Under the pieces are notes generated by a model, which ran no database searches, was not told where the DNA came from, and saw only the letters and a list, made by a program, of their open reading frames with translations. Below, one piece after another: positions 31,380-43,800 of a stretch of DNA of 64,000 nucleotides. The stretch's first letter is position 1; each line of letters opens with the position of its first letter. This DNA comes from the human T2T-CHM13v2.0 reference genome, Homo sapiens. Made by a program: the position numbers and the translations under genes. The stretch lies in the NCBI RefSeq assembly GCF_009914755.1, contig NC_060942.1, one strand, 5' to 3'.

Positions 31380-31479
31380 CATATATAACTTTTGTGTTGA
31401 CTATCTAAAACAATGGGCTAAAACAGAGAGTCTTGGATTCATTGTATTTTAGAGCTATATGTTCTATTATATTGCTCAG

Positions 31480-31595
31480 ACCCTGCATTTTACAGAGAAT
31501 AACACTGAGGTCCTAACAAGTCATATAATTTACTCTAAATCTTGTGGCTAGTAACTAACATACCTTGAAATAATAATCAAGTTCTGATGCCCTAA
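31480..31595 (-). mobile_element. MIR fragment
   Basis: CATTTTACAGAGAATAACACTGAGG core. Confidence 0.6.
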
Positions 31596-31619
31596 AATGT
31601 AGACATTCAAGATTTTTCT

Positions 31620-32259
31620 TTCTCTGTATTTTCTTCTAGTGAACTTATTCATTTTCACAATTCCATTGTGTACCTAACTGTTGATGATGTCAGATCTTTA
31701 TGTCCTGCTCAGTCTCCTCTTCCACTCAGACTCATATATCCAACCACCAACCGTTGGTGTATTACAAGCTCCTCAAAGTCACTATGCCCAAAATGAAACT
31801 CTTCTTCTTCATAAGTTCAGCTTTCAAAGATACTATCTCTAATCAACTCAGCTTCTAAGGCTAAAGCAGTGAAAGTCATCCTCATATACACTCATATCCA
31901 ATTAGTCACATTTGTCAAATACCATTTTTTAACCATTTCTGCTCCTACTACATTCCACATACCTTAAGTTTCCTCCAACAGCCTCCTAAGATTTCTTAGT
32001 CCACGCTACGTCCATAAAAACTTTTTTTTTAATTTTGTGATTTGTATTTCCTCAAATGCTCTCTGTCTCATTTAGAACTTGCTGTTTTTCTGCCTGAATG
32101 TTCTTCCTTCCATGTACAAGCTCCACCAACCAGGCTAATTTGAGTCATCCTTCAAAACTAAGTCAAAATGCAGTTTCTTCATCAAACTTGTTGTTTGAAT
32201 TAAATGTCCCTATCATGTGCTTCTATAGCTGTATATATAAATATATATATATACACACA

Positions 32260-32299
<40 letters not shown>

Positions 32300-32775
32300 C
32301 AAGATCTCACTCTGTTGCCCAGTGCAGTGCTGTGATCTAGGCTCACTGCAGCCTCAACCTCCTGGGCTCAAGTGATCCTCCCACCTCAACCTCCTGAGCA
32401 GCTAAAACCAGAGGCATGAGCCACCACACCCAGCTAATTTTTGTATTCTTAGTAGAAACAGGGTCTCACTATGTTGCCCAGGCTGGTCTCAAACTCCTGG
32501 GTTGAAGCAATCCACCACCCTCTGCCTCCTAAAGAGCTGGGATTAGAGGCATGAACGGTCATGCCCAGCCTATCTGCCTGTTTTTAATAGCATAAGTGAC
32601 ACTGTTCATATTTTATCTCTTCTTATAATCTTCCCCATCTCTCTAAATTAGTCTGTAGAAAGGTGGTAATTACATCTTTCGTATTTACTGTTATATCTCC
32701 AAAGTTTATCCCAAGGCCAGAACATTAGTAGTCTTTCAATAAATAATTATGAGATAAATATATAAACAACTGAAT
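31620..32775 (+). mobile_element. L2 3' fragment, interrupted by AluJ
   Basis: CAGACTCATATATCCAAC, CTCAAAGTCACTATGCCCAAAATGAAACTC, TCTGCCTGAATGTTCTTCC, terminal TCAATAAATA. Confidence 0.75.
32232..32570 (-). mobile_element. AluJ with tail replaced by (TA)n(CA)n microsatellite
   Basis: AluJ diagnostics (GCAGCCTCAACCTCCTGGGCTCAAGTGATCCTCC); microsatellite at 32232-32300. Confidence 0.93.
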
Positions 32776-32904
32776 TAACAAATGTCAGACATCATTCTTC
32801 AAAATCAAGGTAGAATGTAATTTGAAAAGCTATATTTCCAAATAGCCCATGTGTTTGTATGATTCATCTAAAAATTAAAACCTGTTAGCTATTGTCTGGT
32901 TTCT

Positions 32905-32908
32905 CTCT

Positions 32909-32940
<32 letters not shown>

Positions 32941-33221
32941 GAGATGGAGTCTCACTCTGTCGCCCAGGCTGGAGTGCAGTGGCACAATCTCAGCTCACTG
33001 CAAGCTCCGCCTCCCGGGTTCACGCCATTCTCCTGCCTCAGCCCCCAAGTAGCTGGGACTACAGGCGCCCGCCACCACGCCCGGCTAATTTTTTTCTATT
33101 TTTAGTAGAGACGGGGTTTCACTGTGTTAGCCAAGATGGTCTCGATCTCCGGACCTCGTGATCCACCCGCCTTGGCCTCCCAAAGTGCTGGGATTACAGG
33201 CGTAAGCCACCGCGCCCGGCC
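32905..33221 (-). mobile_element. AluY, full length, CpG-rich
   Basis: AluY diagnostics, many intact CpGs, long T-run, TSD TGGTTTCT (32897-32904 and 33222-33229). Confidence 0.98.
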
Positions 33222-33599
33222 TGGTTTCTAATACTAAGATAATTTAACCCCCAATATAACTTTCTTTCCTTTTACCACCCTGAGTGTGGTTTGGTCAGAC
33301 AATACAATCTTTAAAACATAGGCCATTACACACTAAAATTTCTTCAAAGGAAAAAAAATTATATTTGTACAGAGTATTCACACTCCGCATAATAAATATG
33401 TAATTAGTTTTTAATTATCTTTTATTTGCAAGTCCATTTAATTCATTTTATTTATTATTGATTTTTAAAAACTATTCTTTTCAGGATATAGCAATTATTA
33501 TTGGTTCAAATTTAAGTATGAGTATAACACAGCATAAAATGTCATGTTGATTTTTTATATTGAAATTGAAGTTACAATTGAAATGGAAATTAATATTAA

Positions 33600-35210
33600 A
33601 AAATAAAAGTATGTTTATCTCTGTTAAGAGAATAAAACAGAATCAACAAATGATCCTCTCAATAGATATAGAAAGAAAATTTGCAAAGAAAAATTAACAC
33701 CTATTCAAATTAAACCTCTTCAGTCTCATGAAGGACATCAATGTTGAGAAGTGTTTGTTCTGCTTTTTTGGAAAACGTTGTATAATTGGGATTATTTCTT
33801 TCTTAAACATTTGATTGACTTTTTAATGAAGCCGTCTGTGCCTAGATTTGAATTGTTTATGGTCTGAATTTTCAAACATGAATACAATATATTTCTTTAC
33901 TGTAAGGCTACTCAGATGACCTACTTCTTCTTGAATGATCTTTTGTAGTACATAATTTTCTATAAATTTTTCCACTTTACCTGTTTCATATTTATTGGCA
34001 TGCATTCTTCATTATATTCTCTTTAATCCTTTTTCTATGGATATTGCCAAAAAAGTTGGAGACCACTGCGCTATACAATTATTAATTCAAAATATATAAC
34101 AAATGTTTTAGAGATTTGGAATAGCCAAAGATGATTAAAATAGTACACAATAAGTATAAATTATTAGAAATGAAATATTTACCTCTATCAAAATTAAATT
34201 ATCTGTTGTATTAAAGACATTTCTAAAAAGAACAAAAATTGTAGCTACAACCTAGAATAAACTACTTTAAGATACGTATTTGATAAAAAGCTTATAACTG
34301 TATAGATAAATAATTTGTTAGAACCAATAATAAAATGAAACACAGCAAAATAGCAAAAGACTTGGAAATAGCAAAACAAGTCATAAAATAGCAAAAGACT
34401 TGAAAAGACATTGCAGAAAGGAAAATTTAAGAATGGTTGATAAGCACAAGCAAAGACCCTCAACATCATTTGGCATCAGAGAAATGCAATAAATAATATG
34501 ATACAAATTCACATCCACTAAAATGACTAAAATCAAGTACCAAATATTGCAGAGGAAGTAGATAAACCCTCATCCACTGCTGGAGGAACTATAATAGTAT
34601 GATCCTTTCAGGTAATACTTTCACAGTTTCTTGTAAGTTAAGCAACAGACTTCTATGACCTATTGATTCTCCTTTTAAGTATTTATCCAAGAAGTGGAAA
34701 TACCTGAAATGTTTTTTTTTTTGTCAGCAACAAAAAGAAAGAAACTGCAACAACCTTGATGAGTCTCAAATAAACTGCAAAAATCTTGAATAGTCTCAGC
34801 AAACATTATCCTGTTAAAATGAAGCCAGACACAAAAGATCTCAAACTATATGAAACCGGTTATTTGAAGTCATAGAAATAGAAACTCATCAATAGTGGCA
34901 GAAAGAATATTAGTCTTTGTCTACCAAATGAACGTGGATGTATCTCCTACATATAATGTTGAGTGTAAGAATCTAGACATCAAAAGGACGTACTGCATGA
35001 TGCTAATTTATAAATTTATAAATCAAAATAGAGATTAACTTGTACAGGATAAAAGAGGGACAATGACAGGGCAGAAGAGGACCTTTGGATTTGTTGGTAA
35101 TATTTTATTTTTTGCTGCAGGTGGGATTCCATCGTGTTTATTTTATGCAGATTCGTCAAGGTGAACATTTATGGTTTGTTCACTTTTATTTAGGAATTAG
35201 TTCATTATTA
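33600..35210. mobile_element. Mosaic of ancient L1M fragments (+ 33600-33730, - 33750-34040, + 34180-35210)
   Basis: RT-region motif (ATGATCCTCTCAATAGATATAGAAAG), a reverse ORF2 piece, then L1ME-like 3' region (CATCAGAGAAATGCAA, GAAGCCAGACACAAAAGA). Confidence 0.65.
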
Positions 35211-35579
35211 ATTTCTTTATTAAATACTGTTCATTTAATAATATTACATTGCACAAGACAAATATTTTATCTGGATTCAGTGACCTATTTTATAAGTTAT
35301 TCCCAGAAGACAAAGTTCTCATATGTTGCATTACAGAGTTTTCTTACAAGGATTTATCCACCTACCCCATAAATCTGGGTATAACTATAGATGTTGGGGT
35401 CAAATTCTATACAAAATTCTATGTGGGTGTTCTTTATCTTCATAGTGACTGACGCTAGCTTTGTAACTGAAGTGAAATCATTGGAGTGATGTAAGGAACT
35501 GTCTTTACAAAATTTATTATTGAAGAATTATAGTTTCTCTTAAGATCTGTCAAATATTGATAAGGCTCTACTTTGATGG

Positions 35580-36354
35580 TGATGTGGCTGGGAGACTGGG
35601 AAATCCTGGGTAGAAGAGGGCGGTTCCCCAGCAAAGGCCCCAACCTCAAGCCTGAAGACCTACTGCCCTAAATGAGGACAGGCATTCCTGTTTTCACACC
35701 CAAAAAGTTGCCTTTTGGCCCGCCATGTCCCCTATCCTGCACCCATATAAACCCCAAACCCCAACTTCCAGAAGCCGACCAGCACCAGCACAGTGGAATG
35801 ATGGGTAGAGAAAGAGAAAAGAGGAACACTGGAATGCCCAGGGGAGTTCGGCTGGGGTCAGTGGGAAAGGAGTCCGGCTGCTGGGCGGCCGGACTCCAGG
35901 AGAAGATCACTTTCCCACTCCATCCCCCTATTCCGGCTCCCCATCCAACCCACTGAAAGCCACCTCCACCTCTCAATAAATCCTTACATTCATCCTTCCA
36001 GTCCGTGTGTGACCCAATTTTTCCCGGACGCTGGACAACAGCTTGGGATATAGAAAGCTGTCACACTGGCCCTCTGCCCTTGTGAAAAGTCAGAGGGTTG
36101 ATTGAGCTGGTTAACACTCAAGCCTTCTGCAGGCAGCAAAGCTGAAAAAGCTTTGTAACACTGGGTTTGCAGGCACCCACTCCTAGACACTACCACGGGG
36201 CTGGAGCCCAAAGCACTCGTCCTGGCCTTTTCACCTGCCTATCTGCATGCTCCCCCTCCCATAAAGGTTTGAGCAGTCAGCAGGGCAACCAAGCAGGTGA
36301 GCCACACCCCTGTGGCAGGTCCTAGAATGGGGATTAGGGAACTTCCCCATTTCA
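35580..36354 (+). mobile_element. ERV1 solo LTR (LTR1-like)
   Basis: TG...CA ends, perfect 4-bp TSD ATGG, TATA-like CATATAAA (~35744), AATAAA (~35975). Confidence 0.93.
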
Positions 36355-38414
36355 ATGGTATATACCTTGGTTTTAAATCACGTTAACTCAAATTGTTTTC
36401 ATTCATCCTCATAGCAAGGGTGTGGAAAGTAGGTAACATTACCAGTCCCGCAACTAGTGATTGAAGTGTAAGACTGAAATTACAGCTTTCTGATTCCTCT
36501 ATTAGAATTCTTTCTGAACTCCCGCTTTATCATACTACTAGGCCATGTCATTACTTGTACTCCAATGCATACCAACCAGAGGGTTGTTTCATGCTTCTTT
36601 ACAGTTGAAATACATTCACTAAATGTATCATGTTTCAGGGGTACATTTTTTTAAAATCACAAATAAGAAGTCTGATATAGGTGATAGTAATCATATCTCG
36701 ATTCATGTTACTCTCTATAGATAATAGAGATCCGGGTCTAATTACCAGATGTTTGAGCATTTTGGTTTCAGTAGAAATTGTTTCTTGACACTCTAATTGG
36801 ATTGGGAAAACTAAATGTGATAGAAACACTTTCAACATTTCTCCCTACAATACATATGTTACACCAATAATGTGAGATGAAAACTATGATCGTCAAGAAA
36901 GTGTTATTGTTTTAGACAGAAATCACCATTCTTCGTTTTCAAAAATACTGGCTTAAAATGAAAATATTATGTCATAAAAATTGTTGCATTTGAAGGAGCT
37001 ATGCTGTTTAGAAAAGCTGAGGTTTAAGGCACATTATAAAATGTCAGTGTATATGAAAATTGACATACATATTAATTTTCAGGGTACTAATCTCTTTGAT
37101 ACAAAATTTAGACTTAAGAATATGATTTTTCTAAAAAAGCAGAACCTATTTTGAAAATGGGAGCTTTAAACTAGTTATTTTAACAGACTCATATACTAAT
37201 TCTTAGGAAAGCTGTTGTATGCTTATCGGTATCAGAGGATAAAGAGTGAGCTTTAGGCCTAAGATTTGCAATGAAGATGAAGTTTCCATTCGTATATTGC
37301 ATTTCACAGTTTTCTTATAAACATCTATCTTAAGCTGACATTCATGCCTGCAAAGATTTACCAAGTGGCTGTTTTAAAAGCAGTATAAACCTCAAGGTCA
37401 TTTTCTCCTAATTACCCTCTGTTGCACAGAAACTTTATTGAAATGTTTTTTGCAAACTGAGACGTGCTGAATAGAAAAAAAAAAATAGACTCCTTTCAGG
37501 TTAAGCTTTGTGCTCTGTGACATATTTACTGATTCTTTGTTCTACAACTGGCCTTTTTATTACCTAATGCAATGAGATAAGATTCAGATAATAAATCCAA
37601 TATATCTAACTGTCCTTAAGTCCAGATTTAGTTGTGAAACATGCAAGAAAAGTATCCACTCCTCTTCTTTACTATTGATTTTATCTCCTCATTTTTTTCA
37701 CCCCACACTGAATTGTCAAATTTTCTCATTGTGTTAGATGTGACAAAGTCTATAGCAAAAAATCGTGACATTTAAATCATTCTATATAAGATTTTTCTGA
37801 AAGCCAGTTGCCAAGGAAGGGCAGTAAATATATGCAAGAGTCAAGCTATAGTATTTTTTTAAATGTGAAATTTTCTAAAAAATAACAACTTGTGTCAAGA
37901 AGAACCTCATCCCCTAACGCATACATTAAAGTGATAGCATCAACAGGCTTTGACAAGTGTGGAACCAAGTTTAAATACATTTAACCGAGGATTTTCTTTC
38001 TAAAAACAATTAGCACTACTAAAAATGCTTATAAATTGTACTATGTGATGGTAAATTATTTGATAATAACAAGTGAGTAGAACTTAGCAGAAACTGGTAA
38101 AGAGAAGTTCAGGAAGCAAGAAGAAGTGAGTAGACAGTATGATCAGTGCAGTTTGACAGAAAATGCGTCTTTTACCTCAGAATTAGCTGACAGCGGAAGC
38201 ATTTTCTGCATCTTGCTCAGGCTTTGGAGCAAGTCAAAGTTCAAGGAACTTTGAACTTTGAGAAAGAGAGTAGCTTGACTAAAGTTTAGTCAACACAGCA
38301 AAGGGGAAACGAGCAGTTGTGAACACTTGGGCAATCACAAGGTACATGATACAATTTAAAATATTCAAGCATGTGTTAGAGAACTGGAGGTCAATATTAA
38401 AATATATATAGACA

Positions 38415-39220
38415 TGTATTTTAAGTTCAGGAGTATATGTGCAGGTTTATTACATAGAAAAACATATGTTGTGGGGTTTGTTGTACAGATTATTTCGTCA
38501 CCCATGTAATAAGCCTAGAAGTCATCAGTTATTTTTCCTAACCCTCTCCTTCCTTCCACCCTGTACCCTCAGGTAGGCCCCAGTGTGTGTTGTTCCCCTC
38601 TATGTATCCATGTGTTGTCATCATTTAGCTCCCACTTACAAGTGACAGCATATGGTATTTGGTTTTCTGTTCCTGGGTTAGTTTGCTAAAGATAATGGCC
38701 TCCAGCTCCATCCATGCTGCTGCAAAGGACAGGATCTCCTTTTTTTTTTTTTTTTTTTGGCTACACAGTATTCCATGGTGTGTGTGTCATATGTCACACC
38801 TTTTCTTTATCCACTCTACCGCTGATGGGCATTTAGGTTGCATCCATGTGTTTGCTATAGTGAATAGTGCTACAATGAACATTCACGTGCATGTGTATTT
38901 ATGGTAGAAAATTTATGTTCTTTTGGGTATATACCCAGAAATGGGATTGCTGGGTCACATGGTAGTTCCGTTTTTAGCTCTTTGAGGAATTGTCACACTG
39001 CTTTCCACAAGGTTCAACTAATTTACCTTCCTATTAACAGTGTATAAGCATTTCTTTTTTACTCTGCACTGACACTTTTCAAAAGAAGAAATATATGCGA
39101 CCAAAAAGTATATGTAAAAAAGGCTCCATATCACTGATTATTGGAGAAATGCAAATCAAAACCATAATGAGATATTATCTCACACAAGTCAGGATGGCTT
39201 TTATTAAAAAGTCAATAAAT
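38415..39220 (-). mobile_element. L1PA13-15-like 3' end with 5' inversion (minus 38415-39068, inverted piece 39071-39220)
   Basis: L1PA 3' UTR in reverse, joined to the immediately upstream ORF2 segment in opposite orientation. Confidence 0.92.
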
Positions 39221-40359
39221 ATATGTTAACATTCAGTCTATTCCCCTAAAAGAGACCCGGGACATGGCTGACTTAAATTTTTTTTATTTTTTTCTATATG
39301 GTACTTTTATTTTACTCATAATACATATAATACATAATCAACAGTATCCTAGCTTCAAAATTGTACTTGTCTACATAAAAAGTCTAAGGTATTTTCCAAA
39401 TATATATCAATTTATTACAGACAAAAAGGAAAAAAAACCTGCCAGTTGACTAAATAGAATCTTTTTTTAATCAAGGATGACTGAGTTAAAAATACAGTGT
39501 ACTAGCTATAACCCCACTGAGTATGATTTAAATAACTTTTTGGAAAATTTTCAAGAGCTATCACTCAATATGATTTGATTCATGCTCAGTAAATTTGTGG
39601 AGTTTTAGGTTTCAATTTTTTGGCTATTAGCTGTTGTTTTTTATTCCTTTTACCAATGAAATATTGTGTTCTTTGAGGCATACCTGTCAATATATTTTTT
39701 TAAAATAAGTAATATTCTCTGCCATTTGGTACTTCATATTCACAATTCCAAATAATAGTAATATATAAATTATAAATATAGTTACATACTTCTTTAAAAA
39801 TAAAATATAAACATACACATAAGTAAATTATTATAAAATGGAGACAAAGGAAGATTTGTATTACAGTTTACATAAAATGCTATTAAATTCCATAAAGCCC
39901 CAGTGACTCATCCATGGCCCCAGGGCTGGAAAGTAGCATAGCAATGGTTAAAGCCAAGATCGGCTGAGGTCTCCACTACTACTGTCCCATTACATTATTA
40001 CATCACACTGCCCTGGAGGTTAGCATGAACCCTAGCTAAAAATCTCAAGTGAAGGCTTGGAAATTTTCAGCATCAGATCAGTTACCCTTTTCCAATAAGG
40101 GAGGATTCAAAGAGCCTTTGAGAATTAAGTCTAGCAGCATACTGATAGGATTAGTGAATCACAAAATGTTAATATCGAAAGAATCTAATTAATCTAACTG
40201 ATGAACTTAACTCCCAGTTGTGAGTTGTCACTTCTGAACCTCGTTGAGCCATAAATTTGTTAAAATGGAGCCAGATATAGGTTAGTGGATTCAAAATGAT
40301 TATGATCTTCACATTTTAGCAAAAGTTGAGTATACGTTTTACATTTCGTATGAGTTATC

Positions 40360-40520
40360 ACATATATTCAACACAATTCTCATTTTATTATTTCTCTTTA
40401 AAATTTTTTTTTTTACAAATGACAAAACAAAGCTTCCAAGAATTTATATTATTTGCCACACAATAAGTGGCTAAGCCAAGACTTAAAATACAATACATAT
40501 ATCTAACTCAAGCTGTACTA
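40360..40520 (-). mobile_element. MIR fragment
   Basis: TTTTACAAATGACAAAAC..AAGTGGCTAAGCCAAGACTTAAA. Confidence 0.5.
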
Positions 40521-41215
40521 TTACTGCAATTATTATTGCAACACCCACTCAACACAAACTGCAAAGATATCAATTTTCTAAAACACTTAGACAAAATTCT
40601 AAGTGGTTGCAGGCCATTATGATATCAAATTTCTAGGGAAATTGAAGTTATCCTTTTGGCTACTGGTGAATATATGATGGATACAGGGTAATAAATGTAC
40701 GTTTTCTATATTTCTGCTTGATTCATTTTAAGAGCTTAACAAAAGTGATAATAAAGAACAAAATGGAAAAATTACTTATAAAGAATTACAGTACTATCAA
40801 TAGAGCTCTCCTTCCTGAAAACCGTGATTTATGAGGTCTGAGAGCTTTCGGGATGAAGTATGATTCAGATAAATTCCATCCTAGTCCTTCATATACTTCT
40901 TCTCAGCTATTTCTTATTAATTAACATATTTAATATGAGAATAATACTGAAAGATGCATTCCTTTTAGTGTAAATGCCAGCTATTATATATGTTAGGATT
41001 TTAAAGTCATTAATACATAATAAAAGGCAATTATGTTAATGTGAATTAAATGTATTCTTTCCTGTATTTGAAAAATTGAATAAAATTCCCCAGTTAAAGT
41101 TTTTACAATCTACTCTAAGTGATATTTTTCTTTTTAAATAAAGCCCTACTGATTGCAGCTAAAGCAGAAGACTACAATAATCAACTAACTTTTTACACAT
41201 ACACAAAATAAACTA

Positions 41216-41252
41216 GCCTGGGCGCGGTGGCTCATGCCTGTAATCCCAGCAC
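41216..41252 (+). mobile_element. Isolated Alu 5' fragment (~37 nt)
   Basis: GCCTGGGCGCGGTGGCTCATGCCTGTAATCCCAGCAC followed by unrelated sequence. Confidence 0.9.
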
Positions 41253-41709
41253 AACACACTTGTATCACTGTAGGTTTGTGGCTGTTTTACTTATTATGAT
41301 TTATATGATATATATATATGATTTATATGATATATATATGATATATATTATACGTGTATACATATACACATATATATGCCTAAATTTATCTTTATTTTGG
41401 TTCCATGTATTTACATATTGATGATTTTATATTTATTACAAATTAATTTTATATTGCATATGCTTTAGATTATATTTAGGACATTATGTTGGTTATTACT
41501 AAAATTATATTTGTAGGTTATGTTATCTATTTAATTTGTTTCAAGATAATATTGTTTTTAAAATGCTTGTTTTAAAAAAATTGATTACCACTAACCTAGG
41601 ACATTTACAAACCCTGGTGTAATTTAAAAAGTTACAGTTGAAGGTGAGACAATACAGTCTAACGTAAGAAGAGATTTAAAATAGCAGGTAAATAAAAATT
41701 AAAAGGTAG

Positions 41710-41930
41710 ACTGACCAACATGGACAAACTCTGTCTCTATTAAAAATACAAAAAAAAAATTAGCTGGGAGTGGTGGTGCATACCTGTAATCCCAGCTTCT
41801 CGGAAGGCTGAGGCAGAAGAATAGCTTGAACCCAGGAGGTGGAGGTTGGGGTAAGCCGAGATCACGCCATTGCACTCCAGTCTATGCAACAAGAGCAAAA
41901 CTCCATCTCCAAAAAAAAAAAAACAAAACA
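41710..41930 (+). mobile_element. 5'-truncated AluSp-like element
   Basis: CTGACCAACATGGA, GCCATTGCACTCC and CAACAAGAGCAAAACTCC diagnostics; poly(A). Confidence 0.93.
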
Positions 41931-42328
41931 ACCCTAAAGACAGTGAAGTGGTATCGTGAAGTAGTAAAAACAAACCATCGTCAACCATGAATTCTGTAGC
42001 TGTCATAAATATCTTGCAAGAGGAAAGGTGAAGTAAAGGCAATTTCAGGGGGAAAAAAAGCGTGACTTTACAGATACTGACTACATAAAACAACAATCCA
42101 ACAACAGCAAGAACAATGACAATAATAATGTCTTGTGAGATTTAGAAATATATAGAATCAAAATACATAGCAAACAAATAGCAAGTAATTTAAGAAGGAG
42201 GTACTAGTACTTAAAATAATTTATAGTCTTTTCATTACACGGAAAGAAATAGGAGTTCTTATTTCAATTATACTTTGGTAAGTTAAGAACGATTTACTTT
42301 TATATCTCTAATTGCTGATTGAATAAAA

Positions 42329-42675
42329 TAGTCAAGAATCTAATAATAATGGGGATATGTTCTGAGAAATGCATTGTTAGGTGATTTTGTAATTAGGTAA
42401 ACATCATGGTGCACCTCCACAAACCTAGCTGGTAAAGCCTACATATGATGTAGCCTATTGCGCCTAGGCTACAAACCTGTACATTATGTTACTGTACTGA
42501 ATTCTGTCAGTGACTGCAACACAATGTAATTATTTTGCAACACTATATATAATTTGTATATATAAACATATCTAGACATAGAAAAGGACAGTAAAAATAT
42601 GGGATTAAAATCTTATGGGACAATTATGTCTGTGGTCTTTTGTAAACTGAAATGTCATCATGTGATGCAAGACTA
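42329..42675. mobile_element. Tigger3a-like DNA transposon
   Basis: GGGGATATGTTCTGAGAAATGC, CCTAGGCTACAAACCTGTAC, ACATAGAAAAGG..AATCTTATGGGAC. Confidence 0.9.
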
Positions 42676-42689
42676 TAATTACATCATTA

Positions 42690-43386
42690 TTGTGGAGACT
42701 TTATGATGAAATTAATGCTCTTATAAGGAAGAGATAGGATAGCTTAATTTTCCTTTTATCTCGCTTCTCTCTCTCTCTGTTTTTATGTCTCCTCTTTTTC
42801 CTTTTCCTAGCCAAGCTGTGTTAGTACCTTTGTGCTGCTATGACAAAATATTTGGGAATGGGTAATGTATAAATAAAACAAATCTATTTCTCATGTTTCT
42901 GGAGGCTAGAAAGTACAAGGTCAAGAAGGTGACAGGATTGGTGTCTGGTGAGTGTTGCTTCATGCTCCCAAGATGGCATCTTGTTGCTACATCTTATGGA
43001 GAGAAGATATCCTGTGTCCTCATACAGTGAAAGAGATGGAAAGGCAAGGAAGACCTCCCCTTAAACGTCAGCCGTTATATAAGGGCTCTAATTCCATTCA
43101 TGGGAGTAGAGCCCTCATGAAGTAGTCACCTCCCAAAGGTGCACCTAGTTGCAATGAAGATTAGGTTTCAACATGAATTTCTGAGGGGACACCATCACTC
43201 AAATCACAGAAAATGTGAAGAGACGAGAAGATGACTGTCAGCAAATCAAGAAAAGCACCCTCACCAGACATAGAATCTGCCTTGATCTTGGATTTCCTGG
43301 CCTCCAGCACTATGAGAAAAAATGTGTGTTTTATTAACCACCTAGTCTCTGCTATTCTGTTATAGCCACCCAAGCTGGCTAAGATA
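42690..43386 (+). mobile_element. MLT1A-like LTR split by the MST LTR below
   Basis: 5' part AATGCTCTTATAAGG; 3' part CCCTCACCAGAC..CCTTGATCTTGGATTTCC..GCCTCCAG..CTAAGATA. Confidence 0.75.
42817..43211 (-). mobile_element. MSTC/MSTD-like MaLR solo LTR
   Basis: TGTGTTAGT..TGCTGCTATGACAAAATA, CAAGATGGCATCTTG, TCACCTCCCAAAGG, TTTCAACATGAATTT. Confidence 0.85.
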
Positions 43387-43469
43387 GTAGGGAATCTGGA
43401 AGCCTCACTGAAACCAAGATTTTGACTCCAGATCTATTTAAGGCCTATTAGACTCAAATAAAAAGGAAG

Positions 43470-43800
43470 GACGGGGTTACCTTGATTTTTACTCTTTTAT
43501 GCTTATAATGCTGCTGACTAGTTAACAAGAATTCGGTTCTATGGCCATAGATAAACCTTAAAGCTCAAACCAATCATGATACAAGAAACAGATGCAAAGC
43601 TCTGCTCCCTTGTGTCTTACAAAACTTATGGCAGTAGGTCTAGTTGGAATGTAAATCCAACCTGGAACCTTCAGAGGAAAGCCATCAGGGAAGTTCAATT
43701 TTTATTCTGGATGACCATATGTCCAGGTAATGTTAGGACTTTACTATTATAAAAGAAAGAGAAAATGAATATTACATAACCAATAGCTGTCCCTGCCACA
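43470..43800 (-). mobile_element. Old MaLR LTR fragment (MLT1J/K/L-like)
   Basis: Terminal CTGGATGACCATATGTCCAG..GAATATT..CTGCCACA. Confidence 0.5.

Noticed and set aside
34345-34800. Small direct duplications (AATAGCAAAAGACTTG twice; ~31-bp AAACTGCAA..AGTCTCA twice)
   Set aside because: Ordinary slippage duplications in decayed L1.
22834-36211. GC-rich ORFs at 22.8-23.4 kb and 35.7-36.2 kb
   Set aside because: They lie almost entirely within ERV1 LTRs.
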